A DNA stretch of 64,000 bases from Mobula hypostoma (Eukaryota), in the NCBI RefSeq assembly GCF_963921235.1, contig NC_086097.1, positions 90,150,001 through 90,214,000 on the forward strand, read 5' to 3'. The notes under the pieces are model-generated. The model saw only the letters and a program-made list of their open reading frames with translations, was not told where the DNA came from and searched no databases. This document shows positions 39,401 through 50,430 of this stretch, one piece after another. Numbering within the stretch: position 1 is the first letter of the stretch; each line of letters begins with the position of its first letter. The translations under genes and the position numbers were made by a program.

Positions 39401-40629
39401 TGTGCCTCATCATGCCCTTCACTCTCCACGGAACATTACAGAGCCCCCTTCCTGGCACTGGATCTCACTGTAGATCTCATCCACCCGGTCCACTCAAGCT
39501 GACTTTGCATGCTGGGAAAGGCATGTCCCTATTTCACTGGGGTTTGAAGCTGGTGGTTATCCTCACCTTGTAGAGCCCGCCTGTCAAAGCGCTAATCCAG
39601 GGTGTGGCCACCGTCTCATGCAAACAGCTACTTGGAGACACAGGTGAGAGGTGCGTGTCTGGAGGGGACTAAAATTGAGCAAGCCTCCCTAGGATGGACA
39701 CAAGCCCCTTTACCTGAGATGCTACTGCTCCCTGGACACCCATACACCCCTTGCTATTTTAATGTAGGCTATATCTCATTTATTTTTTAATTAGGTAACC
39801 AGTCAGTCAATATAGTGGCATGAAGGAAAGTGACTCGTCCATCAACAATGAGGCTTCTGTAATTCTCTAATTCATCTTTCTATTTAAGTAAAATTAGTTT
39901 TTCTTTTCTATAAATGATATGGGTATTAAAACCAAAACTACATCCCACTTTATTCTTATTGCTGCTAATTTTCCTTTTTATAGAAACAGTAAAAGGGAAT
40001 AAACATTTGGTCTGAGTAAGACTTTGTTTTACAGACTTGTGGTTCCAGAGAACCTCCTTATTCCCACTCTTTCTCATTCCACCACCATTAACCCACTCAA
40101 GGACATCAATGTCTTATGTTTATTATAAGACTTACATAATCAAGGCTTCTCTAGTGTTAGTGAGGGATTTTGGATACTAGCCCAAGTAGTGAATCAGCAT
40201 CATGTGGAGCAGACAAACGTATATCCCTCAAAGGTATGTGCAAAACAAATGAAGATAGGCCTGCAGAGGTACTCATTCTTCAATAATAATATAAAAGAAA
40301 TATGTACATGCCAGGCTATGAACCAGCACACGTTTATCTTTTAATGTAATATTTGCTCTTTTAAGAAAAGTAAATTGAAATGTGCTTGCCTTTCCTGATA
40401 TTTCTCCCTTCAATGGGGATAAACAGGAACATAATAGTTTATTCAGCCATATATTTAGACTATGGCTGATGTGCAGATCAAGCACTTATCCTTCTGGCTT
40501 ATTCAACCCATATCACTGTTAACCAAGAAAAATATGTCAATCTCAAAATTTTCCCAGCTTCCACTGTCTTTGGCAATTTGAGTTCCAGGTTCCTATACCA
40601 TGCTTTATTTTAAAAATGTGCCCTCTCAT

Positions 40630-41163
40630 TACCCTTTGTAAATTGAGGGGCTGCTTCGTCAAGCACCTGCGTTCCATCCACCACAAGCGGGTCTTCCCAG
40701 TGGCCAAGCATTTTAATTCTGATTCCCATTCCCATTCTGACATGTTGATCCATGGCCTTCTCTTATGACAAGATGACAGGGTGGAGGACCAACACCTTAT
40801 ATTCTGTCTGGGTAGTCTCCAACCTGATGGCATAAGTATCAATTTCTCTTTCTGGTAAACAAATTCCACCCCCCCCCCTTCTCTATTCCCCACTCTGACT
40901 TTTTAACTCCTCTCACCTGCCTAATATTTCTCCCTGGGTCCCCTCCTCCTTCTATGGCCCACCCTCCTCTCCTATCAGATTCCTTCTTCTCCAGCCCTTG
41001 CCTTCTCCCACCCACAAGGCTTCACCTATCACCTTCCAGCTAGCCTCCTCCTCCTCCCCACACATTTTTATTCTGACATTTTTCCTCTTCCTGTTAGTCC
41101 TGACAAAGGGTCTTGGCCTGAAACGCCAACTATCTATTCATTTCCATAGATGCTGCCTGACTT
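40630..41163 (+). mobile_element. Older PLE 3' fragment (continues at 42937-42980)
   Basis: Decayed GIY-YIG end and 3' region; host of the younger PLE. Confidence 0.75.
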
Positions 41164-42936
41164 CCATCCCCCATCAGGAAGGTCTCAAAGCTCTACGCTT
41201 CTTTTTGGATTCCAGACCTAATCAGTTCCCCTCTACCACCACTCTGCTCCGTCTAGCAGAATTAGTCCTTACTCTTAATAATTTCTCCTTTTGCTCCTCC
41301 CATTTCCTCCAAACTAAAGGTGTAGCTATGGGCACCCGTATGGGTCCTAGCTATGCCTGCCTTTTTGTTGGGTTTGTGGAACAATCTATGTTCCGTGCCT
41401 ATTCTGGTATCTGTCCCCCACTTTTCCTTCGCTACATCGACGACTGCATTGGCGCTGCTTCCTGCACGCATGCAGAACTCGTTAACTTTATTAACTTTGC
41501 CTCCAACTTTCACCCTGCCCCCAAGTTTACCTGGTCCATTTCTGACACCTCCCTCCCCTTTCTAGATCTTTCTGTCTCTGTCTCTGGAGACAGCTTATCC
41601 ACTGATGTCTACTATAAGCCTACTGACTCTCACAACTATCTGGACTATTCCTCTTCTCACCCTGTCTCTTGCAAAAACGCCATCCTCTTCTCGCAATTCC
41701 TCCGTCTCCGCCGCATCTGCTCTCAGGATGAGGCTTTTCATTCTAGGACGAGGGAGATGTCTTCATTTTTTAAAGAAAGGGGCTTCCCTTCCTCCACTAT
41801 CAACTCTGCTCTTAAACGCATCTCCCCCATTTCACGTACATCTGCTCTCACTCCATCCTCCCACCACCCCACTAGGAATAGAGTTCCCCTGGTCCTCACC
41901 TACCACCCCACCAGCCTCCGGGTCCAACATATTATTCTCCGTAACTTCCGCCACCTCCAACGGGATCCCACCACTAAGCATATCTTTCCCTCCCCGCCTC
42001 TCTCTGCATTCCGCAGGGATCGCTCCCTACACAACTCCCTTGTCCATTCGTCCCCCCCATCCCTCCCCACTGATCTCCCTCCTGGCACTTATCCGTGTAA
42101 GCGGAACAAGTGCTACACATGCCCTTACACTTCCTCCCTTACCACCATTCAGGGCCCCAAACAGTCCTTCCAGGTGAGGCATCACTTCACCTGTGAGTCG
42201 ACTGGGGTGATATACTGCGTCCGGTGCTCCCGATGTGGCCTTTTATATATTGGTGAGACCCGACGCAGACTGGGAGACCGCTTTGCTGAACATCTACGCT
42301 CTGTCCGCCAGAGAAAGCAGGATCTCCCAGTGGCCACACATTTTAATTCCACATCCCATTCCCATTCTGACATGTCTATCCACGGCCTCCTCTACTGTAA
42401 AGATGAAGCCACACTCAGGTTGGAGGAACAACACCTTATATTCCGTCTGGGTAGCCTCCAACCTGATGGCATGAACATTGACTTCTCTAACTTCCGCTAG
42501 GCCCCACCTCCCCCTCGTACCCCATCGGTTACTCTTTTTAATGCACACATTCTTTCTCTCACTCTCCTTTTTCTCCCTCTGTCCCTCTGAATATACCTCT
42601 TGCCCATCCTCTGGGTCACCCCCCCCCCCCCGTCTTTCGTCTTTCTTCCCGGACCTCCTGTCCCATGATCCTCTCGTATCCCCTTCTGCCTATCACCTGT
42701 CTAGCTCTCGGCTCCATCCCTCCCCCTCCTGTCTTCTCCTATCATTTTGCATCTCCCCCTCCCCCTCCAGCTTTCAAATCCCTTACTCACTCTTCCTTCA
42801 GTTAGTCCTGACGAAGGGTCTCGGCCTGAAACGTCGACTGCGCCTCTTCCTATAGATGCTGCCTGGCCTGCTGCGTTCACCAGCAACTTTGATGTATATT
42901 GCTTGAATTTCCAGCATCTGCAGAATTCCTGTTGTT
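41164..42936 (+). mobile_element. Young Neptune-type PLE, 5'-truncated, with open RT to GIY-YIG frame (41164-42500)
   Basis: SIPHQEG, QTKGVAMGTRMGPSYACLF, LRYIDD, PFLDL, YYKPTD, linker CKRNKCYTC, VIYCVRCSRCGLLYIGET; TSD TGCTGCCTGACTT at 41151-41163 and 42937-42949. Confidence 0.95.
42804..42839 (+). ncRNA. Minimal type I hammerhead ribozyme motif in the PLE terminal region
   Basis: AGTC-CTGACGA-AGGGTCTCGGCCT-GAAACGTC-GACT: CUGANGA core, short stem II, GAAA, GUC cleavage triplet, stem I AGTC/GACT. Confidence 0.8.
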
Positions 42937-44257
42937 TGCTGCCTGACTTGCTGGGTTCCTCAGCATTTTGTGTGCATTGCTCCCTTATTTCACTCGCAGA
43001 TAATAATCTCCAATTTCAATTCATAGAACTGATGGAAGGAGCTGTGTTCTCCCAGGTTAAGGCTAAGCTCAGGATCTCAGGTCATTGCATATATCCTTGG
43101 TAACGACTGGGAATCAGTTACTGCCGGGCGCAAGTTTAATGCAGAGTCTAAACGTTCCCTGTTCATGTTTTTCAGGTTCATATAGAGAGTGATGAGTTGA
43201 TTACAGGGCATAAGGGAGTGTAAAAAAAAGATATCCATTTATAAAGTAAACTTTGTGTCTCAAGATATCCAAAGTTCTTAAAGCTGTACATTATAAAATT
43301 CGAAGGGAGTTCACAAAATTAAAATTAATACAACAAAAACAAAAGCTTTGATGAGTAACAACTTTTACACAGAAAATAATATGGGTGTTATAGTGCCCAT
43401 TTCAAAAATGGAATCATTACATTTATTTAATGCCCCTGCTCACAAAAATGAAAGAGTGCATTACATCTTACATAATAGCCTCTCAAAATATTTCACAGCT
43501 CATTACCGACAACAGTGTATTTTCAAAGTTCAAAATTCAAAACAACTTTGTCATTAAGGCACACATATGTTATCATGTACTATCGTGAGATTCATTGTCT
43601 TGCAGGCATTTACAGAGAAAAGAAAGAAATACAATAGAATTCTGTAAAACAAAACTGTATATAAAAAGACCAATGTTCAAAAAGAAGACAAACTATGCAA
43701 GTAAAAATAATACTGGGAGCATGAGTTGTACAGTCTTTGAAAGCAAGTCTGTATGTCAAAGCGTTAATTCAATGTATTGTTTGCCAGAACCAATAGTTTC
43801 ACTTTAAGGACTCTTTGTCTCATTATCTCATGTTCTTGTTATTTATTGCCATTTGTTTATATTTGCATTTGTGCAGTTCTTTGACTTCTGCACTCTGGTT
43901 GATCTTTCATTGATTCTGTTATAGTTACTATTCTATAGATTTGCTGAATATATACACAGGAAAATGGTGACATATACAGTATCTACATTGATAATAAAAT
44001 TTACTTTGAACTTGAAGAGTAGCAACTGCTTCTGAATCTGATGGTGTAGGACCTAAGGCTTTGTTGCCCCCTGCCTGATGGTAATAATGAGAAGAGGGCA
44101 TGGTCTGGTTGGCGTTGGTCTCTGTTGATGGATGCTGCTTTCTTGTGGCAATGCTCCTTGTAAATTTACTCAGTGGTAGGGAGACCTTTGAATGTGTAAT
44201 GAACACATCAACCAATATGTACACAGCAAGGTCCAAAAAATAATATGATAACAGCCA

Positions 44258-44778
44258 ACAACAGGAATTCTGCAGATGCTGTAAAGATGAAGCCACACTC
44301 AGGTTGGAGGAACAACACCTTATATTCCGTCTGGGTAGCCTCCAACCTGATGGCATGAACATCGACTTCTCTAACTTCCGCTAAGGCCCCACCTCCCCCT
44401 CGTACCCCATCTGTTACTCATTTTTATGCACACATTCTTTCTCTCACTCTCCTTTTTCTCCCTCTGTCCCTCTGAATATACCTCTTGCCCATCCTCTGGG
44501 TCCCCCCCCCCCTTGTCTTTCTTCCCGGACCTCCTGTCCCATGATCCTCTCGTATCCCCTTTTGCCTATCACCTGTCCAGCTCTTGGCTCTATCCCTCCC
44601 CCTCCTGTCTTCTCCTATCATTTTGGATCTCCCCCTCCCTCTCCAACTTTCAAATCCCTTACTCACTCTTCCTTCAGTTAGTCCTGACGAAAGGTCTCCG
44701 CCTGAAACGTCAACTGCACCTCTTCCTACAGATGCTGCCTGGCCTGCTGCATTCACCAGCAACTTTGATGTGTGTTGC
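44258..44778 (+). mobile_element. PLE fragment with a short inverted 3' terminus at its left end
   Basis: ACAACAGGAATTCTGCAGATGCTG (antisense 3' end) joined to the sense GIY-YIG end; TSD ATGATAACAGCCA at 44245-44257 and 44779-44791. Confidence 0.9.
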
Positions 44779-45009
44779 ATGATAACAGCCAGATAATTTG
44801 TCTTTTGTGGACATTCGGCATAAATATCAGGCAGTGTCTGGAATTAAATTTAAGACCAATGAAATACTGGACGGACATTGTCAAGAGTGATTATTCACTG
44901 CAAGAGACATTTGAAGGTGCCAAACTAGTCCAGAATCTATATCAGAAAAGTGAATTGATTAAGCCATCAATATTACTGAGCTTACAGATGCAAGTTTAGA
45001 AGCACAGAG

Positions 45010-46680
45010 CACAAAACATACAAAACACTACAGACTCTTAGGTCTACAACATTGTGCCACCCCTTTAACCTATTCTTAGGTCAATCTACCCCATCCCTTT
45101 CACATTCTTCTAATATCTATGTGCCTGTCTAAAAGTAGCTTAAATGTCCCTAATGTATCTCTGTCTACCATGACCTATAGAGCCATTCCACACACCCACT
45201 ACTCTGTGTAAAAAACTCACCTCTGACATCCCCACTATACTTTCCTCCAATCAGCTTAAAATTATGCCTGCTCATATTAGCCTTCCCCAACTTGGGGAAA
45301 AAATCCATGGCTGTCCACTAGATCCATTACCTTGTATACCTCTATTAATTACCTCTCATCCTCTTTCGCTCTAAAGGGAAAAGTCTATCCTCCTTGCTCA
45401 ACCTATTTTAATCCAGGAAGGGTCCTGATGAATCTCCTCTGCACACTCTCTGAAGCTTCCCCGTCCTTCCTATAATGAGGTGATCAGAACTGAACACGAT
45501 ATTCCAAGTGTGTGATTGTAGAGAGCTGCAACATTACCTTGTAGTTCTTGAACTCACTGCCACAACTAATGAAGGCCAATACACCACACGCCTTCTTAAC
45601 AATCTTGTCAACTTGCATGGCAAATTTGAGAGGTAAATGGACAAGGATCCCAAGATCCCTTCTGCTCCTCCACACTGCTAAGAATCCTGCCATTAAACCT
45701 GTATTCTGCCACCAAATTCAGCTTTCCAAAGTGAATTATTTCACACTTTTCCTGGTTGAACTCCATTTGTTGTTTCTCAGCCCAGCTCTGCCTCATGTCA
45801 ATCAATGTCCCATTTTAATCTACGGCAAACTTCTATGCTACACACAACTCCACAAACCTTAATGTCATCTGCAAACTTACTAACCCACTCTTCTACTTCC
45901 TCATCCAAATCACTTATAAAATTCACAAAGCGCAGGGGTTTCAGAACAGATCACTAACCTCCAGCTCCGTCTTGCTCCATCTACAACCACCCTCTGCCTT
46001 CTATGGGCAAGCCAATTCGAATCCACACAGCCAAGTTTCCTGAATCCTATGCCTCTTGACTTTCTGAATGAGCCTACAATGGGGAACCTTATCAAAAGCC
46101 TTACTAAAATTCATATACACCATTTCCACTGCTCTACCTTCACCAATTTGCCCTGTTACATCCTCACAGAATTCAATCATACTCATGAGGCATGACAGAT
46201 TCATTCAGCTCTGCTGTCACCAGATTTGTTACAGAAAATCTTTCCTACTACAGTTCATCTCTGCATGTCAGGAAACACACATCATAGTACAATAGTCTCT
46301 GTTTTATTATTTTGTACGTTATTACTGCACATTATTGAACATTGGTACATTATTATTGGGTATTTATTATTCTGTATTTTATTATTAGTTAAGTCTGCAC
46401 ACTGCTGAGTGTGTTTTTAAATGTTGCTGCTGCAACTAAAGAATTTTCCACTCAGGATCAATACTTATTATTATTATTATTATTATTACCTGCCCCTCAC
46501 AAAGCCATGGTGATTATCCCTAATCAGTCTATGCTTCTCCAAATGCTTGCAAACCCAGTCTCTAAGAATTTCTCCAATAATATGCCACCACTGAGATAAG
46601 ACTCGCTGGTCTATAGCTCCTAGAGTTTAGCCTACTTCCTAATTGATATCAGGGAATTTGCAATCACCTATGACAACAAC
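45010..46680 (-). mobile_element. Degenerate CR1 RT and 3' end (gap at about 46200-46490)
   Basis: MNFSKAFDKVPH, WAEKQQMEFN, RDLGILVH, HLEYRVQF. Confidence 0.8.
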
Positions 46681-47024
46681 CCCATTAGACCTCCTCCCTT
46701 TCCCTACCTATGTTGTTGGTACCAATATGTAACAAGACTTCAGGCGACTCGCCCTCCCCCTTTAGGATGCCATGGATCCTATCTAAGACATCCTTAACCT
46801 GGATCCTGGGAGGAAACATACCATCCAAGAGTCTTTCACATCCACAAAATCTCTTGTCTGCTCCCCTAACTGATGAATCCTTAATCACCACCGCACTCCT
46901 CATCATCCTCCTTCCCTCTGAGCCACAGACCCAGACTCAGATCCAGAGACCTGGTTGCTGCAGCTTTCCCCTTGTTGGTCCCCCCCAACCCCCAACATTA
47001 TCCGAAGCGGTGTACTGGTTATTG

Positions 47025-47251
47025 CAGCAACACACACAAAAAATGCTGGTGAACACAGCAGGCCAGGCTGCATCTATAGGAAGAGGTACAGTCGACGTTT
47101 CGGGCTGGGACCCTTCGTCAGGACTCTGATGAAGGGTCCTGACCCGAAACGTCGACTGTACCTCTTCCTATAGATGCTGCCTGGCCTGCTGTGTTCACCA
47201 GCATTTTTTGTGTGTGTTGCTTGAATTTCCAGCATCTGCAGATTTCCTCGA
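47025..47251. mobile_element. Palindromic mini-PLE (two inverted 3' ends, two hammerhead cores)
   Basis: About 95-bp inverted arms centred near 47125; TSD GTACTGGTTATTG at 47012-47024 and 47252-47264. Confidence 0.9.
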
Positions 47252-47264
47252 GTACTGGTTATTG

Positions 47265-47476
47265 GGCCGGCTGGTGGTGCAGTGGCATCAGCACTGGACT
47301 TCAAGGCAGATGGTCCTGAGTTCAAACCCAGCCGGGTCCCAACCTAGGCAGCAGCAGTATCTGCATGGAAGAAAGGCCTAGCAATCTACTTCCGTATCTT
47401 ACCATGAAAACACTATCGACCCTATGGTCCATGAGGTCATGAAAAGCTGGACTCGACTTAATGACTGAACAACAAA
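47265..47476 (+). mobile_element. tRNA-SINE with an RTE/BovB-like 3' tail
   Basis: GGTGGTGCAGTGGC...GAGTTCAAACCC head; tail GTCCATGAGGTCATGAAAAGCTGGACTCGACTTAATGACTGAACAACAA; TSD TACT(G/T)GTTATTG. Confidence 0.75.
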
Positions 47477-48219
47477 TACTTGTTATTGAAGGGAATGGCC
47501 ACTGGGGTACACTGCATTGTCTGCCTATTCCCTTTCCTTCTCTTGACAGTCACCCAACTACTCACCTCCTGCAATTTCAGGGTGACCACCTCCCTGTAGC
47601 ACCTATCTAACATCTCTTCATTCTCCCATATGAGCTGAAAATCATCCAGCTGCAGCTCAAGTTCCCTAACATGATTTGAAAGGAGCTGCAGGTGGATGCG
47701 CTTCATGTAGTTGTCAGGGACCTTGGAGGTCTCCTAGAACTCCTACATTTGGCATGAAGAATACACCACCAACCCTGAAACCATTCTCACTACTCTAACT
47801 AGGCTAATAGATAAGCAAAGAAAGAACAGAAACTTAACTTAGCCTCTGCCTCTTCTCACTGCATTCTCCTGAGCCAAAGCCGCAAACTCCCCACTCTAAC
47901 TCTGTCCACTCACACAACGGCCACTTCACTTAAACCATACTTTTTAGTCTAGGTCTTTGCCAATTGCCCAATAAACTGCCATATCTCAAGCCTGACAAAA
48001 AGTTCCAAATGGTCCCTCTCATGTTTTAAATCTCGCACGCGGCTTACTCACCTCCAAACAAGCGACCGCTTATAATATCTCAAACCCACACCGAGGTTCC
48101 AAAAGACCCTGGTTGCATTTTAAATTTTGCGTTCAGCTCAGTCACCTCCAGGCAAGCAAATGCTCGCAACATCTCAAGCCTGCTGAAGGCTCAAAGTTTG
48201 ACGGGCACGTCAAATGAAT

Positions 48220-49010
48220 TCTGAACTTGGATTGGCTCTGAAAACTTGGATTTTGTAGCCATTAGAGACATATGACAGAACTGGCAGTTCAAGGCTTCGG
48301 GGGTACAGATGCTACTACGCGTAAGACAGAGTTACAAGTAAGCAACGAGATAGTGGAGGCTTTTTGAAAAGGGAAGATGTAACAGCAGTATTTGGGGATG
48401 ACATCCTTGTGGAAATCATCCAATGAGACCATATGGGTAAAACTTAGAAACAAGGGGAGAGTCACTCTAATCGGTCTGTATTATAGACCCCCAGTGGTCA
48501 GCGGGAACCTAAGAAGCAGGTATGTATGGAAATTGCTCATAGGTGTAAGAGTAGTAGAGTCGCATTAGTTGGAGATTTTAATTTTCCCATTCAGGATTGT
48601 TAAGAATGTTTAGGGCCTTGTCAGGGTGGAATATATGAAACTTATCCAGGAAAGTTTCCTGAGTCAATATATAGAGGGCCCTACTTGGGAGGATGCAATG
48701 CTGGACTTCTGCTTAGGGAACAAGGCAGGGCAAGTAACTGAAGAAGCAGTCAGGGAGCACTTTGGTTCCAGTGACCATTAGTTTTAAGATAGTAATGGAA
48801 AAGGATAGGACAGGTCCACAGGGTAGGGTCCTAAACTGGAACAGAACTAATTTTGGTGGAATTAAGACAGGATCTAGCAGAGTTGATAGGATGATGCTGT
48901 TTGAAGGGAAGGGAATGAATGGCACATGGCAGGCTTTTAAGAGTGTGATTGCAAGTGTCAGCTGGCAAATTTAGAGAACCTTGGCTGATGAAAGATATTG
49001 TGACATTGAC
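48220..49010 (+). mobile_element. Degenerate CR1 endonuclease region
   Basis: GLYYRPP, VGDFNFP, EHFGSSDH and MEKDRTGPQGRVLNW remnants. Confidence 0.75.
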
Positions 49011-49659
49011 TAGATTGGTCCCTGCAGCCTCCTGAGGATCCACCAATAGTTCCATTTTAATTGTCATACAACCAGACACACATACACAGCTAAATGAAAC
49101 ACCATTCCTCTGGGGCCAAGATGTAAAACACAGTATATACAGTCACACAGCGAACACAGCACATATAGTTACAAGTTCATACAGTCACACAAAATAACAC
49201 TCAAACAAGTCCCTGTGTGGCATAGTCTGAAGTTTGATGGTGCTTGCGATGTTGTCCTGGAGCCACGTTTCTCCAAGAACAGTAACACAGCAGTTCCTCA
49301 TCTCATGCTGGTTCAGCAAATGATGGCAGCTCAGTTTGTCTCACATCAGGTCAGCCACAGGCAATCCAGCTTGCCTTCCAGAGATCGAACACTAGAGAGC
49401 AGCATCAAGGGGAGAGGCCATCGTACAACCCAGCCAGGATTGCAGTGCGTTCACCGTGCCTCTGTTCTCCCCCATACCGCCACCAGCCCCTCCTCGCCTG
49501 GGTGGCTGTAATAGGTGGCACCACAGCACCAGGGCCTGGTCCTTGCAATAATCGAGATCACACAATTCCCTGCTGTCGGTCTCGCCAATGAACCAATGAA
49601 CCAATGAACCCGACCTGCAGTATTTTATATTAGAATCAGAACCAGGTCAGGGCACTGAG

Positions 49660-50150
49660 TTTAGATGTTGCAGTGCGTCAGCTACTGATGAGGCTCCACT
49701 CAGAGTACTGTGTAGTTTGACTCACCTTGTTATAGGAAAGATGTGGTTAACAGGAAAATGTGCAGAAAATACTTACAAGGATGTTGCCAAGATTAGAGGG
49801 CTAAGTCACAGGGAGAGAACGGCCAGACTAGGTCCTTATTCCTCGGAACCTAGCAAAACAAGGGACAATCTTACAGAAATGTTTAAAACAATGAGAGGTA
49901 TAGATACGGAAGATGGCAGCAGTCTTTTTCCCAGGGTAGGCAAATCCAAAACTGGGAACACAGATTTAGGATGAAATAGGAAAGATTTAAAAGGGAACTG
50001 AGGGGGTGAGTATATGAAACAAACTGCTCAAAGAAGTGGTTGAAGCAGGTACAATAACATAAGTTAAGAAGTGATTGGATAGGCACACGGTGGGGCAGGG
50101 CTTGGAGGGATGTGGGCCAAATTGGAAAATTGGGACTATCTAGGTGGACA
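49660..50150 (+). mobile_element. Degenerate CR1 3' fragment (further fragments at about 50790-51240)
   Basis: RLGPYS...EMFKTMRGID..SLFP; second piece WAEKWQMEFSPEKC...LYKTLVRS. Confidence 0.7.
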
Positions 50151-50156
50151 CCAGGT

Positions 50157-50430
50157 ATAGGCATCCATTAGTCTCATGAGACCATGGATTTGCGCCTTGG
50201 AAGGTTTCCAGGGCGCAGGCCTGGGCAAGGTTGTATGGAAGACGAGCAGTTGCTCATGCTGCAAGTCTCCCCTCTCCACACCACCAATGTTGTCCAAGGG
50301 AAGGGCATTAGGACCCATACAGCTTGGCATCGGTGTCGTCGCAGAGCAATGTGTGGTTAAGTGCCTTGCTCAAGGACACACACACTGCCTCAGCCAAGGC
50401 TCGAACTAGCGACCTTCAGATCACTAGACA
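50157..50430 (-). mobile_element. tRNA-derived SINE, same family as 27632-27927
   Basis: Reverse-complement match; flanking GACAC(C/T)AGGT duplication. Confidence 0.8.

Larger units (their letters stand above)
46685..47750 (-). mobile_element. Degenerate CR1 ORF1 interrupted by a mini-PLE and a SINE
   Basis: VRELELQLDD...SWVTVKRRKG...VAIPFNNKY and VIKDSSVRG...LLHIGTNNIG. Confidence 0.8.

Noticed and set aside
40998..41163. N-terminal 55 aa of the 500-aa RT/GIY-YIG ORF
   Set aside because: Non-coding 3' region of the older host PLE, upstream of the TSD
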